DNA of 57,518 bases from an uncultured Mycoplasmatota bacterium (GTDB lineage Bacteria; Bacillota_I; Bacilli_A; RF39; UBA660). The number at the start of each line of letters is the position of its first letter. Position 1 is the first letter of the stretch. Made by a program: the position numbers and the translations under genes. The DNA lies in NCBI GenBank assembly GCA_946497145.1, contig CAMMJA010000004.1:1-57518 (forward strand), in the 5' to 3' direction. Below are positions 1 through 9,912 of the stretch, piece after piece. Under the pieces are notes generated by a model. The model did not search any database. It was not told the origin of the DNA and worked only from the letters and a program-made list of their open reading frames with translations.

Positions 1-8
1 AAACTTAA

Positions 9-539
9 TTGATCATGGTTAGATGGATTTTACACAGAATTTTTTACACTCTCAAAATAATAGATATTGGTTGTGGTACTGGATATCCAATTGCCGATTA
101 CTTGCACCAACAGGGTTTTATTGTCACGGGTATCGATATTTCAGAAAATATGATTGCAAAAGCGAAGGAATTACACTTGGAATACGCTGCGTTTTTGGTA
201 AAAGATATTTTGGAATTTACTTCGATAGAAAAATACGATGCGATCATTGCTTTTGATTCTTTATGGCATATTCCCCATAATAGACAACAGGATATTTATC
301 CCATTGTTTCATCGTTATTAAATGTCGGTGGCTATTTTCTATTTACGCATGGAAAAAGTGATGGCTCGATAACGGGAAAAATGTTTGGTGAAACATTTTA
401 TTACAGTGCCTTAGATGTAAAAAAAGTACATGAGTTATTAATTGCTAATGGGTTTATCATTGTATCTTCTATCGAAAATTATCAGGAAAAGACAACGGGT
501 GATCGTGATTTATTGATCGTCGCACAGAAAGTTCGTTGA
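9..539 (+). CDS. class I SAM-dependent methyltransferase (small)
   Basis: Motif I 'IIDIGCGTGYP' followed by acidic 'GIDIS'. Stops in all three forward frames within the first 25 nt, so the gene starts inside the window (TTG 9 or ATG 15). Confidence 0.7.
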   Translation: MIMVRWILHRIFYTLKIIDIGCGTGYPIADYLHQQGFIVTGIDISENMIAKAKELHLEYAAFLVKDILEFTSIEKYDAIIAFDSLWHIPHNRQQDIYPIVSSLLNVGGYFLFTHGKSDGSITGKMFGETFYYSALDVKKVHELLIANGFIIVSSIENYQEKTTGDRDLLIVAQKVR

Positions 540-662
540 GTGGTAATTTATGGAAAAAGTTTGTAAATCAGTAATAATATGGTTTTTTAATTAGTATATA
601 TAGAAAGATTAGGTTGCTATTTTAGAGAAATCATTTTAAAATATGGTTCGGGGGAGAGGTTT

Positions 663-1235
663 ATGACCAAATTAATTCTGGTAAGACATGGAGAACCAGA
701 TTACAGTTTTTTAAATCAAGCCAATATGGGAAATAGTAAACCAGAATGGGCATTTTTATCAGAACAAGGAGTAGAGCAATCAAGATTAGCGGCTAGTGAC
801 CCTAATTTGTTAGATGCTGATATTTTACTTTCATCACCATATGCCAAAACATTACAAACTGCTGCAATCATCTCTGATGAGATTAAATTACCTGTTCAAG
901 GGGAAGTTGGATTACATGATTGGGTATCCAATAAAACTTATGCGAGTTACCGAGCAATGACTAAAGATTATAAAAAAGCAATGTATGAATTTGTAAACAA
1001 AAAGAATTATGAAAATCAGGAATATGAATCACTACAAAACGTTCAATTGCGTGTTCTTCAAGTATTGCGCCAATATCTACTATATCAAAAAGTCATCGCA
1101 GTAACGCATGGTGGTGTCATCTTTTCTTTAACTCAGGAAAAAATTCCTTATGGTGGTGCGATTGAATTAGAATACGAAGAAGATCCAAAAAACAAAGGTA
1201 AAATCTTAATCAAACAAAAAGAAGATCTTTATTAA
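663..1235 (+). CDS. histidine phosphatase (phosphoglycerate mutase-like) family protein
   Basis: 'LILVRHGEP' RHG catalytic motif near the N-terminus and late 'VTHGGV' motif. SD GGGGAGAGG upstream of the ATG. Confidence 0.8.
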   Translation: MTKLILVRHGEPDYSFLNQANMGNSKPEWAFLSEQGVEQSRLAASDPNLLDADILLSSPYAKTLQTAAIISDEIKLPVQGEVGLHDWVSNKTYASYRAMTKDYKKAMYEFVNKKNYENQEYESLQNVQLRVLQVLRQYLLYQKVIAVTHGGVIFSLTQEKIPYGGAIELEYEEDPKNKGKILIKQKEDLY

Positions 1236-1238
1236 AAT

Positions 1239-1265
1239 CACTAGAACAAAGTTCTAGTTTTTTTG
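1239..1265 (+). terminator. intrinsic terminator after the phosphatase gene
   Basis: Hairpin cactagaac/gttctagt followed by a T-run. Confidence 0.7.
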
Positions 1266-1343
1266 TCAAAAAATTGTCGATCGTTCTTTCCTTCTTAAAG
1301 AAATATGATACAATGATTTTGTAAGTGAACTTAAGGAGGATGT

Positions 1344-2471
1344 ATGGAAGTAGGGAACAATCATTTAAAGTTGATCGTGATGGATAATTTTTTAGAGTTT
1401 GGAAAGAAAGTAGATGCCCATTTAAAGTTGATGCGAGGAATTGAGCAAGAAAAATTTAGTCATATTGTACCGGTAGAATTACCAAGGTTTCATAATGGAT
1501 AAGCCAAAGCAGTGATTAAAGAATCGATTCGTGCGCAAGATGTATTTATCTTAACAGATGTTGGAAATTATAGTTGTACTTATGAAATGCATGGGTTTAT
1601 GAATCATAAAAGTCCCGATGATCATTTTCAAGACACCAAAAGAGTCATATCTGCATGCAATGGTAGTGCTAGTCGCGTAAGTGTCATTATGCCTTTGCTG
1701 TATGAAGCTAGACAGCATAAAAAGAAAGGAAGAGAATCGTTAGATTGTTCTGTTGGCTTAAAGGAACTAGAAAATTTAGGAGTAAAACAAATTATTACGT
1801 TTGATGTACATAACAAAGATGCTTGCGATAATGCAGTTTCACCTTATACAACTTTTGAAAGTCCATATCCGACGTATTCGATTTTAAATAAATTTATTGA
1901 TACAGAGGAAATTGATTTTCACAATTTGTTGATTGTAAGTCCTGATACGGGAGCAGTTGATCGTGCACGTTATTACGCCGATATGTTAAAAACAGACATT
2001 GGGATTTTTCACAAACGGCGAGATTTTTCCAAAATTGTCAACGGAAAAAATCCGATCGTGGCCCATGAATATTTAGGAAAAGAAGTAACCGACAAAAATG
2101 TTCTCATCGTAGACGATATGATTGCTTCTGGTCAATCTATTATTGAAGTGGCCGAAGATTTAAAACAGCGAGGGGCTAAAAAAATATATTTGATTGCGTC
2201 TTTTTCATTGTTTAGCGATGGAAAATCGAGTATTGATGTTTTTCAAAATGCTTATCAAAAAGGCGTGTTTGATAAACTGTATACTACCAACTTGACTTAT
2301 GTACCAGATTCTGTAAAAAGTTTACCTTGGTTTCAAGAAGTGGACTGTTCGAAGTATACGGCTAAAATCATTCATACGTTAAACAACAATGAATCTATGA
2401 CCCCACTTTTAAATGGAAAAGCCAAGATCTTAACAAAAATTGAAAACAAGAAAAATTTTGACAAAAAATAA
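1344..2471 (+). pseudogene. ribose-phosphate pyrophosphokinase-like (Prs paralogue) interrupted by an in-frame TAA at 1500-1502
   Basis: ATG 1344 (SD AAGGAGG at 1333-1339) opens 52 codons ending '...LPRFHNG'. TAA follows, then the same frame continues 'AKAVIKESIRAQDVFILTD...' into the 319-aa ORF 1512-2471. That ORF carries Prs hallmarks ('LIVSPDTGAVDRAR', 'VLIVDDMIASGQS'). The stop sits where Prs proteins have the Glu of 'F-S/H-x-G-E'. Confidence 0.7.
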
Positions 2472-2509
2472 AAAGAGGAGTATAATAAAGCCACTTTTTA
2501 GGAGGATAT

Positions 2510-2749
2510 ATGAAAGAACGATATAGTCAAGCAACATTAAAATCGATGGGCTTTAACGAGCAAGAAATACGGTTGATTCAGGCAAGAAATCGAGAATATG
2601 GACAAAATCCTATCTTGACATCAGATTCGCTTGCCATGAAAAAGATGAGAGTTTCTGGTTTGAGTGATATCGATCAAGCGCAAGCAGAGAGTTTTCAACA
2701 AGTGTTTGGACATATTACTGAGCCGTGGACTTACCAAAAAAGAAAGTAG
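2510..2749 (+). CDS. hypothetical 79-aa protein
   Basis: ORF with SD TAGGAGGA upstream and a terminator hairpin (agatcag/ctgatct + T-run, 2748-2771) downstream. No recognisable motif. Confidence 0.5.
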   Translation: MKERYSQATLKSMGFNEQEIRLIQARNREYGQNPILTSDSLAMKKMRVSGLSDIDQAQAESFQQVFGHITEPWTYQKRK

Positions 2750-2827
2750 ATCAGTCATCTGATCTTTTTTTGTACTTGCCACAGTACTATTTTAATAGTA
2801 TCATAATAATATAATCGAGGTGAAAAC

Positions 2828-3805
2828 ATGAAAGTAGGAATCATCGGTACAGGAGCGTATGGGTTATCTCTTGGTATCATTTTTCAAGAAAACAATTGCC
2901 AAGTTACCATGTGGACCAAGTTTCAAGAAGAAAAAGAACAATTAGACCAAGAAAGAAGAGACGACAAGAAACTTCCTAACATTACGATTCCAGAAGAAAT
3001 TATTTTTACGACTAATTTACAAGAAGCCATACAGGAAAAAGATTTGATCATGATCGTCATTCCTGCGACGTTTGTCGATCAGGTCGCACAAGAGATGGCT
3101 CCTTTTATCGACCAAGATCAAGTTGTCTGTATTGCATCAAAAGGAATTGAAAACAATACTTGCTCTTTTTTAACAGAGGTAGTTTCGCGGCATATGAATG
3201 TAGAACATTTGGCTGTTATTTCAGGACCGTCGTTTGCAATCGATGTGGCAAATCGTGTTCCGATTGGCTTGTCTCTTGCTGTGCAAGATAAAAAAACAGA
3301 GCAAGTGCTTCGTTTTGCTCTTGAAAACGATCATTTTAAATTACGTACGACAGATGATGTAGTGGGAATAGAAATTTGTGGGGCAATTAAAAACGTCATT
3401 GCTCTTGCTGCTGGTATGTTGGATGGCATGCAAGTGACAGATTCGACTAGAGCGATGTTCATTACGGAAACACTTCACGATATCAAGCAATTGATCGATG
3501 CCTTAGGCGGTGATAAAAAGACCATTTTGTCTTTCGCTGGCTTTGGCGATTTATTACTTACTTGTACCAGCATGAAAAGTCGTAACTTCTGTTACGGAAA
3601 ACTAATTGGGGAAGGAAAAAGCGAAGAAGAACTGGCTGATTATCGCAAAAATCATACGATCGAAGGTCTTTACACGTTAAAGTCCATTCATCAATTGATT
3701 TGCAACGAAAGGATCGATATTCCAATCATTACTTTGATTTATCGTATTATTTTTCACCAAGAAGATTGTCAAAAACTTCTCAATTTACTAATTACCAAAG
3801 AATAG
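2828..3805 (+). CDS. gpsA: NAD(P)H-dependent glycerol-3-phosphate dehydrogenase
   Basis: N-terminal Rossmann 'MKVGIIGTGAYG', 'SGPSFA', 'GAIKNVIALAAG'. Terminator at 3804-3828. Confidence 0.9.
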   Translation: MKVGIIGTGAYGLSLGIIFQENNCQVTMWTKFQEEKEQLDQERRDDKKLPNITIPEEIIFTTNLQEAIQEKDLIMIVIPATFVDQVAQEMAPFIDQDQVVCIASKGIENNTCSFLTEVVSRHMNVEHLAVISGPSFAIDVANRVPIGLSLAVQDKKTEQVLRFALENDHFKLRTTDDVVGIEICGAIKNVIALAAGMLDGMQVTDSTRAMFITETLHDIKQLIDALGGDKKTILSFAGFGDLLLTCTSMKSRNFCYGKLIGEGKSEEELADYRKNHTIEGLYTLKSIHQLICNERIDIPIITLIYRIIFHQEDCQKLLNLLITKE

Positions 3806-3897
3806 ATTTCTAAAAGAAATCTTTTTTTGTGACAATTTATTCACGTCAAAGTAAAAAAATTGTAGTATAATGAAAAAGCCAAAGAAAGGAGTGTACT

Positions 3898-5073
3898 ATG
3901 GATACTTATTTTATTTCAGTAAAAACGGCTTTGTTACTATTTCCTATCATTGCCTTTATCATTACGACTCCTTATATCTTTTTACAATATCATAAATATG
4001 GATCGATTCCTTTTTTTCGAACAACCATCGTCTATTCATTTGTTCTTTATTTGATGATTATTTACTTTTTAGTGATCTTGCCACTTCCTTCTATCGAAGA
4101 AGTAAAGAATTTATCGACGCCGATCACTCAGTTGATTCCATTTCATTTTATTGCTGATTTTTTTAATGAAACTTCGTTTGTATTAACAGATTTTCATACC
4201 TATTTGCCAGCTCTTAAAAATCCGGCTTTTTATACTGTCATATTCAATATTTTTCTTTTTGTACCACTTGGGATATATTTGCGATATTACTTCAAGTGCA
4301 ATTGGATCAAAACGTTAGTCATTTCTTTTGGACTTAGTTTGTTTTTTGAACTAACGCAATTAAGTGGTTTATATGGAATCTATCCACGTCCTTATCGATT
4401 GTTTGATGTGGATGATTTGATGATCAATACGTTAGGTGGCATGATTGGTTTTTGGATTACGCCGATTTGTTATTTGTTCCTTCCATCTCGAGATAAATTA
4501 GATGAACTATCGTATGAACGAGGAAAAAGAGTTTCTTATTTTAGGCGGCTGGTTGCGTTTTTTATCGACTGCTTTGTAATGCTTATTTTAAATATGATCA
4601 TATCGTATCTGATTCCTACTTCTTATCGTATAAATTATATAATTACGATTGTGCTTTATGAAATATTGTTGCCTTGGTTAACCAAAGGAAGAACGATTGG
4701 CAAGTTTATTGTACAAATCAAAGTAACGACGGAAAGTGGAACGACGCCTAAATTTTATCAATATTGTATTCGTTATGGAATGCTTTACTTTCTCATTTTA
4801 CCAGCACCATTTTACTTGATGTGGTTGTTTGGAATGTGTAGTACACTTGTCTGGTACTTGCAACTTGTTTGTTTGGTTTTGATTATTTATCTTGGTATTC
4901 TTTATCTTAAATTCTTCTTTGGATTTTTCCTTAATTGGATACGAAAAAAGGGAATTTTACCATATGAAAAATACAGTAAAACCATACTTAGTAGTTCAAT
5001 CAAGTTGCCATTGATGGAAAATGAAAAACAGGAAATAGAAGAAGAAAAGCAAGATTTAAAAAAAACAGCATAA
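3898..5073 (+). CDS. VanZ-like / RDD-domain fusion membrane protein
   Basis: Polytopic. N-terminal half is VanZ-like ('NIFLFVPLGIYL', 'DVDDLMINTLGGMIGF'). C-terminal half is RDD-like ('RRLVAFFIDCF...GRTIGKFIVQIKV'). Confidence 0.65.
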   Translation: MDTYFISVKTALLLFPIIAFIITTPYIFLQYHKYGSIPFFRTTIVYSFVLYLMIIYFLVILPLPSIEEVKNLSTPITQLIPFHFIADFFNETSFVLTDFHTYLPALKNPAFYTVIFNIFLFVPLGIYLRYYFKCNWIKTLVISFGLSLFFELTQLSGLYGIYPRPYRLFDVDDLMINTLGGMIGFWITPICYLFLPSRDKLDELSYERGKRVSYFRRLVAFFIDCFVMLILNMIISYLIPTSYRINYIITIVLYEILLPWLTKGRTIGKFIVQIKVTTESGTTPKFYQYCIRYGMLYFLILPAPFYLMWLFGMCSTLVWYLQLVCLVLIIYLGILYLKFFFGFFLNWIRKKGILPYEKYSKTILSSSIKLPLMENEKQEIEEEKQDLKKTA

Positions 5074-5131
5074 AATAGAAAAGAAATTTGATATAATAGG
5101 GGTAAAATGTATTAGATAGAAAAGGAGAGCT

Positions 5132-7450
5132 ATGTTAGAATTAAAAAAAATTAAGAAAAGCTATACAACGGGGGAATTTAAACAAGTTGCCCTCAAGGAA
5201 GTTAGTTTAAAGTTTCGTAAAAATGAATTTGTTGCTATTTTGGGGGCTTCTGGAAGTGGTAAGACAACTTTGTTAAACATCATTGGTGGTTTGGATCGCT
5301 ATGACAGTGGAGATTTGATCATCAATGATCAGTCGACTAAAAAGTTTAAAGATACTCAGTGGGATGCTTATCGTAACAATTGTGTCGGTTTTATTTTTCA
5401 AAGTTACAATTTGATTGGGCATATTAGTATCTTGGCAAATGTTGAGATGAGCTTAACCCTAAGTGGTGTTAGTGCATCAGAACGTCGTAGAAAAGCGATG
5501 AAGGCCTTAGAAGAAGTGGGGCTAAAAGATCATGCACATAAAAAGCCAAATCAACTTTCTGGTGGTCAAATGCAAAGGGTTGCCATTGCGCGTGCCTTGG
5601 TAAATGATCCAGATATTATTTTAGCCGATGAACCAACAGGTGCTTTGGATACCAATACCAGTGTCCAAATTATGAATTTGATCAAAAAAATTGCTGCTGA
5701 CAAACTGGTTATTATGGTAACACACAATCCTGAACTGGCTCAAAAGTATGCAACACGTATTGTTCAAATGCAAGATGGACGTTTGTTAGAAGATTCGAAT
5801 CCTATTACAAAGGAAGAAGATCAAAAACAAAAAGTAGAAATCAAAAAAACGGCTATGAGTTTTCCCGCTGCTTTGAAGTTGTCGTTTCAAAACATTAAAA
5901 CCAAAAAAGGAAGAACGGCTTTAACGGCTTTTGCTGCGAGTATTGGAATCATTGGAATTGCTTTAATTTTGGCTTTATCTAATGGATTTCAAATACAAAT
6001 AGATCAGTTTGAACAAGAATCTCTATCGCAAATGCCGATCATGATCACAGAACAAGCCATGACGATGGATGCTGAAACGATGAGCAAATATCAAGAAAAT
6101 ATACAGAATTCCGGCTTGGAAAAATATACGAATAAAGAAGAAGTCGCACCACTTCCAGATATGAGTGAAGAATTACTTCATACCAACGTTTTGACGAAAG
6201 AGTATGTAGATTACATTGAAAAGTTAGATAAAACGTTAGTAGGTGGCATTTCTTACATGAAAACAACGGGCATGAACATCATCACGCAAGATGCGAATGG
6301 TACTTATTTGCCAGTAGGAACAGGAAGCAATACTTTAAGTCAGTGGCAATTATTTCCTAGCAATATGAATCATGAACCGGCTGATGTTATTTTAAATAAT
6401 TACGATATTTTAAAAGGTGAAATCAAAGCAAATGAACCGGGCTTGATTTTAATAGTAGATTCGCAAAATAGAATTTCCGTATCTCAACTAGAAATGCTTG
6501 GTTTTAAGACCGATCAGAATATTTCGTTTGATGAAATTTTAGAGAAGGAACTAAAAGTAATTCCCAATGATGTTTACTATGTGAATCGTGGAGATTTCTT
6601 CCAGGTAAATCAAGATTATGCATCATTGTATCAAGATTCTGCTAGTTTAACTTTGAAAGTACAAGCCATTATAAGAGGAAAAGAAGGAAAAGAAATGATC
6701 ACTGCAGGAACAGGTATTGCCTATACTTCTGCTTTGACAGATTGGATCATAGAAAATAACCAAAATTCCCAAATTGTACAATTTCAACAGAATGTAAACT
6801 ACAATGTTTTAACAGGACAGCCATTTGATGAAACTAGTTCTACCAACACCAAAGAGATGACTTTGGCTTATCTTGGAAGTGATTCGATTCCTGTAGCTAT
6901 CTACGTATATCCGAAAGATTTTGCAGCAAAAGATCAAATTACTTCGTATTTAGATCAATATAATGAGGGAAAAGAAGAGGTAGACACTATTCTTTACAAC
7001 GATATGGCTTCGATGATCAGTTCACTATCTAGCAATATTATGGATGCGATTACTATTGTACTGATTGCTTTTTCAGCCATTTCTTTGGTGGTATCTTCGA
7101 TTATGATCGGAATCATCACTTATATTTCGGTACTAGAGAGAACCAAAGAAATTGGTATTTTACGAGCACTAGGGGCAAGAAAAAAAGATATCAAACGTGT
7201 CTTCAATGCTGAAACATTTATTATTGGACTATGTTCTGGGGTGCTTGGTATCATCATCGCCCGTTTATTGGTAATTCCTGCTAATATGATCATCGAAAGT
7301 TTGACAGAACTACCAAACGTGGCCAAATTAAATCCAGTTCACGCTATTTTATTGATTGGAATCAGCATTATTTTAACAATTATTAGCGGATCTATTCCAT
7401 CGAGAGTCGCTTCTAAAAAAGATCCAGTAGAAGCCCTTCGAACAGAATAA
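5132..7450 (+). CDS. MacB-type ABC transporter, fused ATP-binding and FtsX-like permease protein
   Basis: Walker A 'GASGSGKTT', signature 'LSGGQMQRVAIARAL', Walker B 'ILADEPTGALD'. Then TM1, a roughly 350-aa extracytoplasmic region and a C-terminal FtsX-type 3-TM bundle ('ERTKEIGILRALGARKKDI'). Terminator at 7451-7477. Confidence 0.85.
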   Translation: MLELKKIKKSYTTGEFKQVALKEVSLKFRKNEFVAILGASGSGKTTLLNIIGGLDRYDSGDLIINDQSTKKFKDTQWDAYRNNCVGFIFQSYNLIGHISILANVEMSLTLSGVSASERRRKAMKALEEVGLKDHAHKKPNQLSGGQMQRVAIARALVNDPDIILADEPTGALDTNTSVQIMNLIKKIAADKLVIMVTHNPELAQKYATRIVQMQDGRLLEDSNPITKEEDQKQKVEIKKTAMSFPAALKLSFQNIKTKKGRTALTAFAASIGIIGIALILALSNGFQIQIDQFEQESLSQMPIMITEQAMTMDAETMSKYQENIQNSGLEKYTNKEEVAPLPDMSEELLHTNVLTKEYVDYIEKLDKTLVGGISYMKTTGMNIITQDANGTYLPVGTGSNTLSQWQLFPSNMNHEPADVILNNYDILKGEIKANEPGLILIVDSQNRISVSQLEMLGFKTDQNISFDEILEKELKVIPNDVYYVNRGDFFQVNQDYASLYQDSASLTLKVQAIIRGKEGKEMITAGTGIAYTSALTDWIIENNQNSQIVQFQQNVNYNVLTGQPFDETSSTNTKEMTLAYLGSDSIPVAIYVYPKDFAAKDQITSYLDQYNEGKEEVDTILYNDMASMISSLSSNIMDAITIVLIAFSAISLVVSSIMIGIITYISVLERTKEIGILRALGARKKDIKRVFNAETFIIGLCSGVLGIIIARLLVIPANMIIESLTELPNVAKLNPVHAILLIGISIILTIISGSIPSRVASKKDPVEALRTE

Positions 7451-7540
7451 AGTATTTCAAAAAGAAATACTTTTTTTGTAACTGTTCAAAAAAACAAAGA
7501 TGTGTTATAATTTTGTTGAAAAAGTTTCTAGGAGGAATGT

Positions 7541-8128
7541 ATGAAAAAAGGTTTAAAACTATTTTATGGAACGTCCATTTTTTCTACAATATGTTTGATC
7601 ATTATGGGTTTGTTTTTGTTCTTTGAATCAGAGTCGACCATCGAAATGATTTCTTATATTTTAGGCGGCTTTATTATTGCCTTGGGAATTGCGGCCTTTA
7701 TTCGCTATTTTCGATACAAGGAAGAAGATCGTACCTTTCGTTTTGATATTGTTTATGGAATCATCAGTTCCCTAGCAGGTATTATTTTAATTTGTAATCC
7801 ACATGCGTTAGCCAGCATCATTCCTTTGATTTTAGGAATTTGGATCACCATCAGTAGTGCATTAAAAATTCAAATGGCCTTGCAACTTAAGAGTTATGGA
7901 CACTCTACTTGGATTGGTACGTTAGTAATCGGATGTTTGGCTTTACTTTGTGGAATTATTTTGATTTTTAATCCATTTAAAGGTGCCGTGATCATTACGA
8001 AAGTAATCGGTATTTTCTTAATTATCTACGCCATCTTAGATTTGGTTTCCGGCTTTATGGTAAATCGTGTTGTGAAGAAACACGAAGAAAGTAACGAAAT
8101 TGTTTTAATTAAAAAGAAGAAAAAGTAA
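7541..8128 (+). CDS. HdeD/DUF308-like membrane protein
   Basis: Six evenly spaced hydrophobic helices in a repeated pattern and a Lys-rich tail. Confidence 0.55.
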   Translation: MKKGLKLFYGTSIFSTICLIIMGLFLFFESESTIEMISYILGGFIIALGIAAFIRYFRYKEEDRTFRFDIVYGIISSLAGIILICNPHALASIIPLILGIWITISSALKIQMALQLKSYGHSTWIGTLVIGCLALLCGIILIFNPFKGAVIITKVIGIFLIIYAILDLVSGFMVNRVVKKHEESNEIVLIKKKKK

Positions 8129-8137
8129 ATCATAATG

Positions 8138-8166
8138 AAAAAGATGTCAAATATTGACATCTTTTT
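8138..8166. terminator. bidirectional terminator between convergent genes
   Basis: Perfect hairpin aagatgtcaa/ttgacatctt flanked by an A-run and a T-run. Confidence 0.75.
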
Positions 8167-8437
8167 ACATCATGTACATACCAGAATCAGATTGATAAGG
8201 AGTAAAACCTTGATCGTTATCATCGTTGGCACTAAGTGGAATTGGGAAGCCACCTGACAATCTAGAAACACGATTTTCAAGGCGTCTTACTTGACGTTCT
8301 AAACGATTGATGCGATTGTCTATTTGACGCAATTGTTCTGTGCAGTTACATCTTCCTGGCTGATTTGGCCAATTCCCTGGGAAATTAGGATTTCCTTGCC
8401 AATTCGGCATGAATTGATATGGTACTTGATTATTCAT
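8165..8437 (-). CDS. hypothetical 90-aa N/Q/P-rich protein with an Arg-rich coiled-coil
   Basis: ATG at 8437 preceded by SD AAAGGAGGA. The longer ORF start at 8476 lacks an SD. Sequence 'NWQGNPNFPGNWPNQPG...RINRLERQVRRLENRVSRL'. Confidence 0.5.
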   Translation of the reverse strand: MNNQVPYQFMPNWQGNPNFPGNWPNQPGRCNCTEQLRQIDNRINRLERQVRRLENRVSRLSGGFPIPLSANDDNDQGFTPYQSDSGMYMM

Positions 8438-8523
8438 AATATCCTCCTTTGCTTGACGCTTTATTATATGCAACAACCCATATTTGTGTTATGATATTCA
8501 TATGGCACGACAAGGAGGAATTT

Positions 8524-9162
8524 ATGCGACTAAGGAATGTAAAAAATAAACGTGAAATTTTAGAACAATCTCCATACTTTGTAACAAATCCACAGGATAA
8601 AAAGGGAAAATGGAATTTAGAATTCGGAAACGATCATCCCATTTATTTAGAAATTGGAATGGGAAAAGGAAAATTTTTAAGAGAACTCGCTCAAAAACAT
8701 CCAGAGATCAACTTTATTGGTATGGAGCGTTCTGATAGTATTTTAGCCAAAGCCGTTCCTAAAATTATGGAGAATGCTACAAATATTCGCGTACTGCAGT
8801 ACGATGCATCTTTGATTGATGATCTTTTCGATCGTGAAATTTCACGTATTTATCTTAACTTTTCTGATCCTTGGCCCAAAAAACGACACGCTCGTCGTCG
8901 TTTAATGGCTACAATATTTTTGCGAAAATATGATCATATTTTTAAAGATCATAAAGAAATCCACATGAAAACTGACAATCGAGAACTTTTTGAATTTGCT
9001 TTAGAATCGCTCAGTCAATATGGTTATCGTTTTGAACAGGTTCTTCTTGACTTACATCATAGTGGGCTAGAAGATAACATCACGACGGAATATGAAGAAA
9101 AGTTTATGAAAGAAAACAAGACAATTTATCAATGTATTGCGACAAAAGATAAAGTGAATTGA
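8524..9162 (+). CDS. trmB: tRNA (guanine46-N7)-methyltransferase
   Basis: 'LEIGMGKGKFL' SAM motif, 'NFSDPWPKKRHARRR', 'TDN'. ATG 8524 preceded by SD AAGGAGGA. Confidence 0.9.
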   Translation: MRLRNVKNKREILEQSPYFVTNPQDKKGKWNLEFGNDHPIYLEIGMGKGKFLRELAQKHPEINFIGMERSDSILAKAVPKIMENATNIRVLQYDASLIDDLFDREISRIYLNFSDPWPKKRHARRRLMATIFLRKYDHIFKDHKEIHMKTDNRELFEFALESLSQYGYRFEQVLLDLHHSGLEDNITTEYEEKFMKENKTIYQCIATKDKVN

Positions 9163-9231
9163 CGTAAAAAAATACAAAAAGATGTGTATTTATCAAAATA
9201 TTTGATATAATAAACGTAGAGTAGGTGAAAT

Positions 9232-9897
9232 ATGAAAAAAATAATCGTTTTACTCTCTATGGTCGTATTGTTAAGTGGCTGTTCGATGGTAAGAATAGAC
9301 GATCAAAATATCGATGCGATCATTAGTACTGTACTAAAAGAAGAAAACAAACTGTACAATACTGTCTTTGAAGGGTACAAGTATTATTTGCCAAAAGGAA
9401 TTCAACTGATTGAAAAAACAGATTACAATGCCCAACTTCTATATCAGAATCAAACGTATTATTTATATGTAGACGCGATTGGCTACTATCACAAAGCAAA
9501 AGAAGAATACGAAGTACCTAGTGGTGTTTACTATGCAAAACCATTAAATTATAATGGAAAAACTGGATACGTAGAAATCAACAAAGTAGAAGATCGTTAC
9601 TTTGTAGAAATCATGTATAACTATGCGAAAATGGAAGCATATGTCGATGAAGATCAAGTGACTGATACGGTAATTAACATGTGTTATATTTTATCTTCTG
9701 TGAAGTTTAATGATCAAGTACTAAGTACGTTGGTAGGAGAAAATGTGTTGGATTACGAAGAAGAAAACTTTAGTATTCTAAAACCAAAACGAGAAACAGG
9801 AAGTTTCTTGGACTATATCGAAGAATACGATGTTTATTATGACAAAGCAGGAGAAATGCCCGATGAAGATGAAATTAAGACAGAAGATGCAGAATAG
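9232..9897 (+). CDS. lipoprotein, unknown function
   Basis: Lipobox signal 'MKKIIVLLSMVVLLSGC|S'. SD TAGGTGA. Confidence 0.65.
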   Translation: MKKIIVLLSMVVLLSGCSMVRIDDQNIDAIISTVLKEENKLYNTVFEGYKYYLPKGIQLIEKTDYNAQLLYQNQTYYLYVDAIGYYHKAKEEYEVPSGVYYAKPLNYNGKTGYVEINKVEDRYFVEIMYNYAKMEAYVDEDQVTDTVINMCYILSSVKFNDQVLSTLVGENVLDYEEENFSILKPKRETGSFLDYIEEYDVYYDKAGEMPDEDEIKTEDAE

Positions 9898-9912
9898 GAA
9901 GAGGGGACTCTA

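Noticed and set aside
1500-1502. Stop-codon reassignment or an alternative genetic code as the explanation for the in-frame TAA
   Set aside because: TAA terminates most well-supported genes in the window. TGA and TAG also act as stops (for example der ends in TGA). The long uninterrupted ORFs fit the standard bacterial code.
5132-7450. MacB-type ABC transporter considered as part of a bacteriocin/lantibiotic export or immunity system
   Set aside because: There is no adjacent precursor peptide, modification enzyme, two-component system or membrane-fusion protein. It appears monocistronic between its own promoter and terminator.
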